The notes beneath the pieces were generated by a model. That model was not told the DNA's origin. It saw nothing but the letters and a program-made list of their open reading frames with translations, and did no database searches. From contig NC_092672.1 of the NCBI RefSeq assembly GCF_964355755.1, positions 15,624,001 through 15,688,000 of the forward strand: DNA of 64,000 bases, in the 5' to 3' direction. The stretch comes from Antedon mediterranea. Taxonomy: Eukaryota; Animalia; Echinodermata. Every line of letters begins with the position of its first letter. Positions within the stretch are counted from its first letter, which is position 1. Position numbers and translations under genes: made by a program. This document shows, in pieces, positions 1 through 12,600 of the stretch.

Positions 1-1620
1 TGCCATTTCATCAGTGACATGGCCGTGAATACACATAGCATTAAAACATAAACTAAGTAAAGTAATAACATGTTTTGAAGCATACTTCAAATGCTCTGCA
101 CTAAGCCCGTCAAACCCAGGGGATTTACCACTATTGAGCTTATTTATACTATCAAATATATTACTATCAGTACAAATTTTATTATCAAAAGCAGATACAT
201 TAATTTCGTTAAGATGTCTTTCAACATAAATTCTATGAGTATCATTGTTAACACAATTGAAAAGCTTCTCATAATGATCAGCCCATGTTTTACATATATT
301 ATTATCCCCTCTAACATCATTAATAATGTTAGATGAACCAGAAGATGAGTTGTTCATACGCTTTACGTTATTCCAAAAACTGTTAAAATCGTTATTAATA
401 TAAGAGTTCGCAATCTTATCAGCTCGAAGCTGCTCTTCATTTTGTCTGCAGTTCCGAAGAGCCAATTTAAAACGAGATCTAGCAACTTTCATGGTATCAA
501 ATAAAGGACCATGTCTAGGTTTCCCATTAAATTTCCACAACAAGAAAGCTTCCCTAGCTATATCATGAGCTTCCGAAACATAGTCGTTCCAACCGGGAAC
601 AACGTTAAAAGATTTACTTTCATGCGAAACAAATGAATGATTAGCAGCTTGATTGAGACAAGAAATTATATTATTATACAAAGTATCAATATCATCAAAA
701 TGTTTAGTGTCACCACAATTCACATCATTGCATGAACATACTGAAGGAGGAATAACAACATCATTAAGCAACAATTCAGTACGCTCCTGATAGTTGTAAA
801 TTTCCTGATGAGTAACCTTCTGCCAATTTATATTGCTTGTATAATTCTTTTGGTTATCTTTTTCATGTTCAATTTCAAAAGAAAAATCATAAACAAAGCA
901 AAGTGGAAAATGATCCGAACCGATCATGTCATAACGTATGGAAAGCTCTTTTATCCGAGCATTAGCTCCGTTGGTAGACAGGACATGGTCAAGCCAACTC
1001 GTAGCAAAAGCATCACTGATATAAGAAAAGTTATCAGAGTGCTGTCCTAATAAATTTAAATCAGTTAAAATCAAGTCGCACTCGGATGTAAAATTGAACA
1101 ATTCAGCACAAAATCTTTTTTTGTGATCAGCATTAAAATCACCGCATACAATAACATTATCACCATGGAAATCACTAATTATAGATTGAATTGTACCCAG
1201 GTAGTCAACAAATTCAGCGAAGTGCTCATCGCACTCATAAGGAAGATATACATTGATAAAGAGTGTAATATCATTACCACTTCCTAGTTCCAAACCAATA
1301 ATCCTATTGTCGTTGTAATTAACTGTTTTGATGTAGTCGTGCAAACATTTTCTATAAAATATGGCAATGCCTCCATAGGGGCGTCCTTCATGTAAGCCAT
1401 CGGAACTCTTAACAGACGATACCCCAAAACAATCAAACTCTTCATGTAATGATTTTAATATAGGTAACTCGTCATCAAGCAGCCAATGCTCCTGAATGGC
1501 AATAATATCATTACTCATGCAAAGATCATAAATTTCTTTTTTGCGAGATTTAAATGACCTACAGTTAAAAGAAACACATTTCAGTTTACTACAATTAATT
1601 TTAGATTCACTATTCATCAT
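1..1620 (-). CDS. Non-LTR retrotransposon ORF2 (APE endonuclease into the start of the RT domain), running off the left edge
   Basis: ATG at 1620 gives MMNSESKINCSKLKCVSFNCRSFKS..DIIAIQEHWL..GRPYGGIAIFYRK (APE motifs). Positions ~130-1 read GKSPGFDGLSAEHLKYA..LLSLCFNAMCIHGHVTDEMA in the same frame (1620 and 60 are both 0 mod 3). It is absent from the ORF track, consistent with no stop inside the window. Confidence 0.85.
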   Translation of the reverse strand, partial: MMNSESKINCSKLKCVSFNCRSFKSRKKEIYDLCMSNDIIAIQEHWLLDDELPILKSLHEEFDCFGVSSVKSSDGLHEGRPYGGIAIFYRKCLHDYIKTVNYNDNRIIGLELGSGNDITLFINVYLPYECDEHFAEFVDYLGTIQSIISDFHGDNVIVCGDFNADHKKRFCAELFNFTSECDLILTDLNLLGQHSDNFSYISDAFATSWLDHVLSTNGANARIKELSIRYDMIGSDHFPLCFVYDFSFEIEHEKDNQKNYTSNINWQKVTHQEIYNYQERTELLLNDVVIPPSVCSCNDVNCGDTKHFDDIDTLYNNIISCLNQAANHSFVSHESKSFNVVPGWNDYVSEAHDIAREAFLLWKFNGKPRHGPLFDTMKVARSRFKLALRNCRQNEEQLRADKIANSYINNDFNSFWNNVKRMNNSSSGSSNIINDVRGDNNICKTWADHYEKLFNCVNNDTHRIYVERHLNEINVSAFDNKICTDSNIFDSINKLNSGKSPGFDGLSAEHLKYASKHVITLLSLCFNAMCIHGHVTDEMA

Positions 1621-2700
1621 GATGTATTGTTTGCCTTATCGGTTCATAATACCATCTGATTATAGCAGATTGAGGCCAGAGCTCCGCTTCATTAATATAG
1701 TTCTTATGTGCAAAATCGCATTCAACCATAAACGAAGTATAGTCAGAACGCTTACTAGGCAACACTTCCACAGTAACGTCAATTTTCTTTACTCTTTTTA
1801 GATACGATTTTATATCGTCCGCTTTAGTATCAGGACTCAGATTTCCTACATACATCTTGTAAGGTGGGGGATCCCTACCTTTTAAAGCAATATCAACACC
1901 GGTTCCACGCTTGAAATTACCCCGTTTGCGTTTTCGTCTTGGGTACTGAAAGCTGTCATCACAATCCATCCAATCACGAGCGTCCGGATCACTGGAAGGC
2001 GGAGCTTGCCATGTTTGTTTACTTCTGGACGGGTAATTCCCCTCTTCAATACTGGTACGGTAGCTGATTTCACAACCTGTGTTACCGAAGCGTTGTTGCT
2101 GTTACTATTAGCAACTGGGCCGGTATTGGTTGCTACTACGTTAGAAAACAGTTTGTTACTTACAGTGTTTGTATTAGGTTGCAAATCACGATCAGCTAAC
2201 TTTTTGTGGGCCATAACATCCCTCACTTGTTGAGCAAGTTTACATCGCTGGTTAGTAGCGTAGGCTATTTTGGCCTTAACACAATGGAATTCTGTCGTTA
2301 ACCTTTGTAGTTCTCTGAAAATTAATGGGGCATCAATAGCATCCACAGGCACAACCGGTATTTTATTAAGGTTTGCTGCAGCAAAAATAGGCAATTTAGA
2401 CAGGTCACATTGGATGAGCTTTGCGTCGAGGTTTATGAATCGCATTTTCAGGATCACCTACACAGACGCATAACATCTCCTTGGCCTTCTTTATGTCATC
2501 ATTTGGAAAATTGGCCATACAAATAGCATGTAACCGATAAAATGTCATACTACCTATGTTATTGACTATAAAGCACAGAAGTTCATTAATCAATACATCA
2601 TTTGGACCTTTTCCAGTAGAAGCATGATGATCAAATTGGGTGTCATCATCTTCATCAGCACCACCATGATTAGCATTCGAGTTATCATGATCGCCATGTA
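1610..2700 (-). pseudogene. Frameshifted ORF1 of the same LINE
   Basis: Three overlapping minus ORFs (2405-2593 INELLCFI..IC..F..DDIKKAK; 1882-2457 LPIFAAANLNKIP; 1610-1969 RRM-like MYVGNLSPDTK..SFMV..LWP) lie directly upstream of ORF2. The stop at 1610-1612 overlaps the ORF2 start region. Confidence 0.7.
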
Positions 2701-2872
2701 ATTGACTTCGTTGTAGAATGTCTTCGGTTCCAGCAAGCCCCCTTTCAGCTTTGATTGGCTTACGATGACATCATATCACAAAATGGTGGTTTTGTAGTTG
2801 AGCCTCATGGAATATTCACAATTTTGTTTCAACATTTTTTATGGTATGTGTGAATATCAGTAAATAATAAAT

Positions 2873-3381
2873 AACTAGAGGGTACTCAGAGAGTACAAAC
2901 CTCCGCCTACTGTAAAATTCCCCTACATAAAATGCCCCTGAATATTTTTTTTTGTGGATGACAGTATGGTGTAATGGTTATGTATCCAGCCTCTCCACAG
3001 TTGAGATCGCTGGTTCAAGTCCCACTAAGGGTTTTTTTTAAATTATTTTTTTATTTATTTATTTATTTTTTTGTGGACCTTGATCTTTGACCCTGACCCT
3101 TCAAAATTTAACCACAATTATATGATGTGTCATTGATCATTGTGGCTAAGTTGAGAATTGGTTAAAAACTGTGGTCTCTAGGCAGTAAAATAGTTTTTTG
3201 TTAGTTGTGACCTTGACCTATGACCTTTCCTCTCAAATTCGAACTCGTCCGAGCTTTTTGGGCATAGATCATTGTGGCCAAATTTGGCCGGATTCGGATG
3301 AAAACTGTGGCCTCCAGGCTGTTCACAGACACACACCAACATACAGGGGTGAAAACATAACCTCCTTGGCGGAGGTAATAA
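2873..3381 (-). mobile_element. Non-autonomous Helentron-type (HINE/DINE-1-like) element
   Basis: One end is ACCTCCTTGGCGGAGGT (3360-3376). The other end has the subterminal repeat ACCTCCGCC, a GTACTC/GAGTAC hairpin and a CTAG-TT terminus (minus strand). The body has TGACCTTTGACC-like motifs. Confidence 0.7.
2960..3030 (+). pseudogene. Degenerate tRNA-like Pol III cassette inside the HINE
   Basis: A box TGGTGTAATGG and B box GGTTCAAGTCC at tRNA-like spacing, followed by a T-run. The acceptor stem does not pair. Confidence 0.55.
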
Positions 3382-3479
3382 GAGTGCTTTTTGAGATGTA
3401 TTTTTGCGTGATGAGTATTTATTTCACTGTGTACTTGTTGGCTGCTGCTGATTACTGTAATTGACATTGATTGGCGTTG

Positions 3480-4080
3480 TGTCTCCACTTACCTACGTCC
3501 TTACTTTGCTTTCGTGCCTCTGCTTGACGACAATGTTGTACAGTTTCTGCCAGAGTGATACTCGCCCTTGCTTGCAAACGATCTGAAAGTGCATCATCTT
3601 GCACTCAAACAATAATTCTATCTTGAATCAACTTCTCCATAATTACATTCTTTCGCAAGCCTATACAAATCTTGTATGAAGACATCTACTAATTCACCAG
3701 GTTTCTGATAATGTTAAATTTAGCCCATTCAACAATAGTGTTTCTGCGCACAGCATAGTAACCATTTAAAGCTTCTTTCACCTCATCATAGGTTGCTGTA
3801 TATTCGTCAATTGTTAGTGTTGTGAGAATATCATCTGCACATTCACCCATAGCATATAGTAGAGTGCTCATCTGCTCTCGCTCAGCCTTGTTGACGTGAT
3901 TCGACGTGATTCGACGCGTATCGGTAGCACTCAAATCGTCAGATCCATTTCGCCCATAGTTCAGCCTGCCTAGGCCCAGTCAACCCATGAAAACTCTCTG
4001 GAAGATGTAGGTTTTGACTCCGAGGTTGCTCTGCAGGTTCTACCATAATTGTGGGTACTCACGCTGCCACCATATAGAAT
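3480..4080 (-). mobile_element. Gypsy LTR-retrotransposon remnant: gag fragment and PBS-like motif
   Basis: ORF 3689-3934 LLYAMGECADDIL..TYDEVKEALNGYY.VRRNTIVE.AKFN is gag-like. TGGTGGCAGCG on the minus strand at ~4066-4076 resembles a primer-binding site. Confidence 0.7.
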
Positions 4081-4199
4081 CAGGTTATAATAATGAGGCA
4101 ATTATATGCGATGTAATAATAACAGTAACATTTACTAAACTCAATACTCACGATAACCTCAGTATACCTGATCGCAAAGATGGATCGAGATTAAGAGAC

Positions 4200-4492
4200 T
4201 TGGTGAGCAGACATCAGATGGAGTTATCATTTCACTGAAAGAACTTTTCGCACAACATGGGATTCCGAACATAGTCATTTCAGACAATGGACCTTAATGT
4301 AGTGCTGAAGCAAAAGTTTGCAGCCACCTACAACAAGCTCCCATCTACACCCACCAGCAACTGAAGGAGCAGAAAGAGCAGTTCGCACTGTGAAAGGACT
4401 TCCCAGAAAAAATGAAGACCCATATTTGGCTCTCTTGTCTATAGGTCTATTCCTCTGCAAAAGGGCCTATCTCCAAGTGAACTCTTGATGGG
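4200..4492 (+). mobile_element. Gypsy integrase fragment (opposite strand to gag)
   Basis: The plus strand reads KELFAQHGIPNIVISDNGP*..AERAVRTVKG..EDPYLALLSYRS..GLSPSELLMG, with stops and frameshifts. Confidence 0.75.
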
Positions 4493-5973
4493 AGTATTGT
4501 ACTGTATATCATAGTAGGCACAAATCATCACTATGCTTCAGGTCATAGGATAGGACATAAATTTCTGTGCACATGGTATAAATGTATGTGCATGTTGTGT
4601 TTATTTGTTTGTTTATATTTTATACTCTAGTTTATCTTATAATTAATTCATATTAAGCACCTTTATTAATTCAAGAAAATAAAAATTTGTAATCTTTTTG
4701 TGATTATAAATGAGTATTTTTTAACTTGCTTATGAAAAAAGCCCACATCTTAAGAAGATTACATTCTAAAATAAAAATGTATACATTTTGTAATTTTTTA
4801 AGATTACAAGATTATAAATATTTTTTTTAGTTTCATGATATGATTTTATATTTATAAACGTTATCTTACATTATTATAAGTCTCTTTCTGTATATGCAAT
4901 AGAGAAATAACCAATAAAACAGCTTAAGGCACTACAATTCTTAAGTGAACAAGTAATAGGATTAATTTCCATGAAAGACTATCCATGCATAAAGGAATTT
5001 CATGAATATGTGAAATATATATAGTCTGCTATAGACTTCTTTAAATCCTAAATATGATATCATCAAATTTGTTATTGAAATTCAATAAAATCCATAAAAG
5101 CATTATCTAATGTAAGTTAAAAAAATGTAACAAATAATTGATATAAATCATAATTTTTTTATTATTTTTGTCAGAAAACATTTTAAAAATTGTGTAATGT
5201 AAATATAGACTAAAATGCTCTATTTAATTATAAAGCATCACAAAATTTATTCATGGTTTTCCTCTTGATGAAATATTTTATACAGCCCTTTACCAATGTA
5301 CTGTATATACTACACTATAAACAATTTTATATTCATTTTTACTTGTTTTTTATTACAATTTTGAGTATCCTAAATTCAAGAAAATAATTTAAAAAAGAGT
5401 AATATGTATAATACTTATGATGAATGAATAAAAGTGGTAGTTGTAGGTATCATTAGCTTTCATCGTACAGCCACCATTAAAAGAGTCTACCTTTGTAGTT
5501 GATATTGTTATTTGCAGAGACACAATGCATGTTGGCGTTTTTATTTAGAAATTGTAGGAGCAGTAGCTGTACATACACCTATCTATAAAACTATAGCGGG
5601 CATGCCTCTCTTCTTAATTGGAGGCCATGCTAAACTTGCGTGTTTGAAAATGGATTTTTTGACTCGGATTGAATAACTTGTTTAGATTTCGTAATATTTT
5701 CTATTATTAAAAAAATGTCATGTTTAGCGTCAGTAGTGTACAGGGGTGGATCTAGCATGTTGAAATAGGGGGAGAGCGTACCTTGCAAGTGAAGTGAGCA
5801 AACCTTGGTTGGGGCCCACGGCAAGTGTCGGGAAAGGGCCCTGGAAATTTTAAATCTATTTTAAAGGGTAAAAAATCTAATAAAGCTGAGCTTTACAAAG
5901 CAATATTGTTTAATTCTGCCAGAATATGCGATTGAAAATGTAACGTAAACATACAATTTCAAATTCTTTAAAT

Positions 5974-6100
5974 GAACATATATACATCGATAATAAAACA
6001 ATCGAACAAGTTGTAGAAACACAATTTCTTGGTGTAACCATAGATGCCTCTTTGACTTGGAAACTACACATTAATAAGATCAGTAACCTAGTTTCCAGAA
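5974..6100 (+). mobile_element. CR1/L2 RT C-terminal fragment
   Basis: NIYIDNKTIEQVVETQFLGVTIDASLTWKLHINKISNLVSRN. Confidence 0.7.
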
Positions 6101-6535
6101 ATGCAATCTTACCAAATTTATTTTCAGTACAGGTTCAAATCTCACACACCGAATATAATAATTAGCCTACACGCATATACTTTAACAACAACTTTGTGTG
6201 TTCAGTTACCATCCACCTATATCCCTCTTATGTCATTTCACATCCTTATTACCACATCAGAACATTAATGACATTTCACAACAACAGTCCCACATAGAAT
6301 ACCCACGTTACCTTATAACTTGCCCTACCACAATATACTATAATTTACTATATTATATATAGATTACCATGGAAGCGATGATTTTGGCATACCTAATTTA
6401 TGGACCAACATGAAACATCACAAAATAAACATGCATTACTCATCAGTCATATGCATAGGTGTCACCCGGGCTTCAATTTCCAGAGGCGTTGGTCATGTTT
6501 TCGAGAACCATTCGGGTACACCCACTAGATAGAGA

Positions 6536-6566
6536 GTGCGCGAGCGAAGCAAGCGAACCCTCTAGT
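6536..6566 (+). mobile_element. Helitron-like 3' terminus
   Basis: GC-rich imperfect palindrome GTGCGCGAGCGAAGCAAGCGAAC followed by CTAG-T. Confidence 0.4.
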
Positions 6567-6577
6567 AATATATAAGC

Positions 6578-6935
6578 GGTTTTAGCAGCTTATAGCAACA
6601 CATTACAGCATGTCAGAATATATTAGCAGTTTCAGCAGCTTAAGCAACACATTATAGCATGTCAGAATATATTAGCAGTTTCAGCAGCTTAAAGCAACAC
6701 ATTACAGCATGTCAGAATATATTAGCAGCTTCAGCACTTTAAGCACCACTTTACAGCATGTCAGAATAAATTAGCAGTTTTAGCACCTTAAGCAACACAT
6801 TATAGCATGTCAGAATATATTAGCAGTTTCAGCTGCTTAAGCAACACTTTACAGCATGTTAGAATATATTTGCAGTTTCAGCAGCTTAAGCTAAACTTTA
6901 CAGCATGTCATAATATATTTAGCAGTATCAGCACA
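6578..6935. repeat. 49-bp minisatellite, about 7 copies
   Basis: Unit TTAAGCAACACATTATAGCATGTCAGAATATATTAGCAGTTTCAGCAGC, repeated with variants. Confidence 0.9.
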
Positions 6936-7163
6936 TATTATACGCTGCAAGAGCATAAGCTGCAAGAGCTTAAGCAACACATAAATTAGCTACAGATATA
7001 AATGGTATATTTTGCTTTTTTATGCTTAACAACAGTTAAGAGCATGTCAATATAATAGCATTAGCAGAGAAAAAAAGTACTATAGCAGATGCTAAAAATA
7101 GTAATAGCAATTACTAAGCAAAAATTAAAAAGCAAAATTAGCAATAGCAAAGAAAAACATAAC

Positions 7164-7600
7164 TTAAAGACACTAGACCTACGTTTTTTCGACCTATTAT
7201 TTGAGGTCACACTATACATTTTATGTTAAAATAAATACTATATGAACCTATTCTGATAATTTTTTAAATCTTAAAACGGTTAAAATGTGAAAAATAAGGT
7301 GATTCTAATAATTATAGTGGCCTGCTATAAATCCCAACATGCATTGTGCGTGGATTGATATTTTCCTATTGTGATGCACCCAGAGAGAACCATAACTTTT
7401 CAGCGAAAATACCCGGTCTTCAACTATTTGTGTTATTAACAGATTTTGCGAAAAGATGAAAGACAATTAATTTAGCAATGAGACAACATCAGGCTAGGCC
7501 TACAGCTAGCATACGCTATTTACCAGCTAGGACTACAAATTGAGTCTAGCTAAACTAGGCCTAAGACCGTCGATAGGACATTCGCGAGCCACTTAAGAAC
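7164..7600 (+). mobile_element. Dispersed DNA-transposon end (TTAA-AG start, Kolobok-like); related copies at ~28870-29070 and ~31930-32370
   Basis: All three places share AATACTATATG..CTTTAAACGGTAAAAA..GGCC(T/A)GCTATAAATCCCAACAT..ATTGATATTTTC. Confidence 0.55.
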
Positions 7601-9115
7601 AGTTGTCTATAAATATCGACCATTAGGTGGCCAAGTCAAAAAAATAGATTTCCTTTAAAATTTGCACAATGAAAGACTTTTGGTGGAAACATCACAGATA
7701 AAATTATTTTTGATATCTGTATCTTGTTGCCATAGTAATGGCCATTTTAAAAATTACAGCATTTTCTTGTAATTTTATTATTTCACTGTAAGTTCAATAA
7801 CTCTTACACGGATTGTTGAAATTTTTTTACAAGAAGATGAAAGACAAACTGAAAACAAACAATTGTTGGTCAGGCATAAGAATGGACCGTACCATTTATT
7901 TTCAATAGGGGTGTTTTTACTTGTGGTAAAAAATCTAATTTTGGCCAAAGTTTGGAGCTTCACAACGTCTATGGTAAAAGTTGAATTGCGTTGTTCTTGA
8001 TTGTATATATTCTATGGACCTTGTGTGAATGGATAAAAGGCAAAACATTTTGGGTGAATAGAATTTTGTTATACTGATGTTGTCACAAAATTTTGTATTT
8101 TTTCTGTATTCACCCTAATATTTTACTTAACTATTATAAAAGTAACCCTCACCAACTCAATATGCAGAACAATTTATGCTTAAATCTTGCATTCGGCGCT
8201 TCTATTGGCTAAGCGAATCCGTTAATATGATTGGCTAATAATGCGACATGCGGTCATGCAGGATGGCAATGAAACGGTTTGAGCATGTGCTTGCTTGGTA
8301 AACAAACCTTCGATCGATCTTTTCTTCTGTAAGCCAATTCGTATTAATCTCTCAGCTATTGTTAATCTATTGTTACTTTTATTGCTAAAATAATCCTTTC
8401 TTTTGTACTGTGTTTATATAGTCCACTTCCCTATGTATTTTCGTGTGCAAATCATGGGGAAAGTGTAAACATTGCGTTTTATGAATATTTGAAGCATGCT
8501 GGTTATAAAAACCCATGTTGTCAAATTTCTAAAATTCATCTTGGACCTCTGACCTTAACGCTTAGATTAAGTGAAATAATTTTAGTGTCAAATTATTTGA
8601 AAGATGCATATTAATATTCATTCTAATAGAAAAGTTTGTCCAAAAATGGCTGGAGGTATGATTTTTTGGCATTTTTGACTTTTGACCTACATATGATATA
8701 ACTCCGTAACTAACAGTTGGACAAACTTGAAATAGGGCTCAAATTAATCTGAAGGTATAAGTTTCTATTCAGTCTAATGAGAACTTTTTCAAGAAAATTA
8801 CTTAAAATCTTGTTATTGACCTTTGACCTGTACTGGTAGTACACATACCTATAATCTCAAAACCTATTGGCCGTAAAAGATTTTTTTTGTAAAATTTTTC
8901 GAAAAATTTACATTTATATGTTGTATAATAACAACATTTTATACAAATGTAAAAAATTCTATTTATGAAAACTAACTTTGTAATTTATTAACAACACTAA
9001 CGTTTGTTATAGTATTATATTGTGTTGTATTTGCCGATTTTAAGCACTTCACTTGAAATTATCAGAATTTTTTTTTTTTTTTTTTTTTTTTTTATAAAGA
9101 CAAAATAAAAACATT

Positions 9116-9610
9116 AGGGAGGTTTCGCAACCTTACGAATACGATAACGAAAACGGATACATCATACATTTGTGAAACTTTTGAGCTGATCCCCATTTCA
9201 TATTCGTAAAGCGTATTCGTGTTGACGAATATCACCAGTCATATTCGTAACTACAAAACGAGTATAGTTTTTGATCTATTTTGCACATTTTGCATTTGAA
9301 TCAGGAATGATTCATGATTATAATATAATACTAGATTTATTGAAAGTAATTTACTAAAGTAATTTACTAAAATGCCAAGTCAATTTTGATAAATAGCAGT
9401 TTTTAAAGTCCTCACTCGCTTTGATGTTACGCTAGGCCTAGGCAGCCAAGCACCACGTACCTGCGCTTCCCTCAAATTTACCACAGTCATATTTTGAACG
9501 CGCCTCAATATTTCGTTGCCATGCGAAACAGATTTTTTTATGGCTTACGAAAAGGAATACGTGTGCGTGACGTATCCGTTTTTGTTATCGTAAGATTGCG
9601 AAACCTCTCT
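9116..9610. mobile_element. MITE, PIF/Harbinger-like, 3-bp TSD ATT
   Basis: TIR AGGGAGGTTTCGCAA / TTGCGAAACCTCTCT flanked by ATT on both sides. A closely similar copy lies at 34538-35031. Confidence 0.85.
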
Positions 9611-12600
9611 ATTCTTCAGCTAAAGGCATACAGATACACTGGCCGCAAGTACACCATTCTTCGACGGCTTGTTTTGCTCAAGAATGTTGTTCTTCTTCTC
9701 TTCTTTTTTCCTCATCAGCACGACGCAAAACTAACTCTCTTTCTGTATATTCTGGTTCCAAATTTTCTGCATTATAAAAACTCAAAGCCATATTCCGAAA
9801 ATATTAGGTATGTTAGGCTATTTAATTGATTTTATTTTGGTTATCCCGCACTTCCGTATTGAAATACTGTACTAAAGAGAATGGACGCTTGGATTTGCTT
9901 GAATGCGTCCACCTAAGTCACATAATCGCTCTTAACCTGTCAAAATGGCGCTGTTCAATTTTTCGTTGTCGTTTAAAAGTCTATTTTATATGTTTTTATT
10001 ACATTTATCTATAAGCACAGTGGCACATTTAGCCCAGGGTGATCCTTTCCTTTAAGCAGTGAATAAAACAGCATTAACAGTGCTAAAAAAGCACATAATA
10101 GCTGTGTTGAAGCTTCAGCAAAACATAAGCTATGCAAAAAAGGGGAAACAGGTTATATAAGAGTTCATTATTATGCTTAAATGTGCAAAATTAGCTAATC
10201 GGATATAAATGCTATATTCTGCTTTATATTTATGCTTTTTTATGAGCATTTGATTAAAAAATGAAATTCGTCTTCAATTTTCTTTGTATTGCAAAAGGTA
10301 CATAGTCTATCAGAGGGCAAAGTATGGGAAGTGCACTTGTTCTCAGTTTAGCAAAATTTGAGACCACGTATGGTTCTCAATAATAATAATTGTTGAAGGT
10401 CATATTTTAATGTATGTGCATGTGGCGTTTGCGCAGATAACCCGAACTCGTCAAAGTCACTACTCAAAACTCACCTTTTCTAATTTTTTTTTTCTACAGC
10501 GCCATGAGCATTGAATGTTGGAATGGCGCTATATAAATCGAACGATTGACTGATTGATTGAAAGTGACGAGTTCAAATCTAGTTACATTTAATTAAGAAT
10601 GTGGGCACTGTGTAATATAAGATGTATAGGCCCTTGTAATGTAATATGTAAAAAATTATTACAAATTAAAAATTGATCTAATATGGGTCTATATTACATT
10701 CTTTAATATCATTGCTCTTCACTATTTAATGATGAGAAGGTGGTGGACGGAGTTGGTAGTGTGTTGACAATAAAAGAGAGTATGCCAAAATGCATTACTA
10801 AAAACTAAAATATTCAATACAACTAGCATCTTTGATCATTATAATACACAGGGATCATAGGGCATTTACAGTAAGTGACTTTAAAAAACAATTTGTAAAA
10901 ATTGCACTTTTAAAATACAAAATCATATGCAATTGAAAGTTTGTGAAATTTTAAGTGTTTTTGTTAAAGATGTATTGTCCCCCTGAATGTGTTGAATGTG
11001 CCATTTTAATGTAACATAATATATCCATTTTGACCAAAAATTTGATCCTAAAAAATGTATTTACCTGAAAAAATTTCAAATTAAATATTTTAATGAAAAA
11101 ATGTTCAAAATTGGCTCCCAGCCAATGGGTTTTTGGTTGAATTTAACCATTTATTTGTCATTTTACAACTTTTTGTTTTTTTTCCTATGGAAGTGATTAA
11201 CTTTATTAAAACCCTACAAAATAAAACACCGGTATTCAAAATCTGAATTAATTAATTTTTTCATGTTTTTGGGGGACAATACACCCTTAACTATTGATTA
11301 AATACAGTTTAAAAAAATAATTTTAATTTAATAAAATGGTCAATGCACTATTGTTTTCAATGTTTTATAAAGTTTTTCAAATGGAAATTTATGACCACAG
11401 CGTGAAAAAACATAATGTATATCATTAAAACTCTAAATGATTATAAACTATATTGTACGTGTCCACAGTTTATCCGAAAATTAAACACTGATACAAACAA
11501 AAAACTTCAGTTACTTTGGAATTACTAGTACTTTTAGTTACTGTGTTTTGAGATTGATGGACTTTACTACCTCAGCCTCGCCATGGGTTGGACTAATGAA
11601 CTATTGTTTTCAATGTTTTATAAAGTTTTTCAAATGGAAATTATGACCATAGCGTTAAAAAACATAATGTATAGCATTACGCATTATGTATTGATAATAA
11701 TACACATTAAAGATTACATTTTCGATTAGATCATATAACTATACACTGTTTCAATAACTTATATTTATTGGCATTTTTTAAATTTGTATTAATATCAGGT
11801 ATTTAGTTGACGCTGATTTGTGGTCTGAAATAATTTGTAGATGACGGACGCTTACAGTATATTTGTTTTGGTAGCTGGTCATACTCTAGGCCATGGATGA
11901 GCAAAATCTGTACAAATTACTACATGGTAACTTTGACTTAAAAATCACTAGCACCATCAATATAGTCATGTCAAAAAATTTAATTGATAGGAGACTATGA
12001 TTATAAACTATATTGTACGTGTCCACAGTTTATCCGAAAATTAAACAACTGATTCGAACAAATAACTTCAGTTACTTTGGAATTACTAGTTCTTTTAGTT
12101 ACCGTACTGTGTTTTGGGATTGATGGACTTTACTACCTCATCCTCGCCATGTGTTGGACTGAGGTAAAAAAATAAAACATTTAGTAGTCCAACACTCTTG
12201 TAGTCACTAACAATTTCTGTCCCGGACTATCTTCAGAAGGTTTGAAATAAGACTATGGTGAAGAACGTACTGCACCATAGTTAACTAAGGTATTATTGTA
12301 AGGGTCATTTCTTCTTTGACAAAACTTTTAGGAATATAGACTTGGAAAATTCACTCATTTAATGTATAATGTAGCCTACAAAGTTATGTGCGACGATAAT
12401 ATTTAAATTTCTACAATATTGAACTCTGCACTCTCAATAGGATTAATGGTTCCTGTACAAAGGTCGCCCTTGGTAAATTCACCTAATAATAAATGTTTTG
12501 AAAAATCTGAGAAAATAATGCCTCGACAGATTGTTAGAAATTGCACTCATAATCAATATTACCGCAAATAAATATAAAACATTATGGCGTTATGCATTAA

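Noticed and set aside
7164-10055. A single Kolobok element bounded by TTAA
   Set aside because: The ends (AGACACTAGACC versus reverse complement AGGAAAGGATCACC) match poorly and the interior is a mosaic. Kept only as a possibility.
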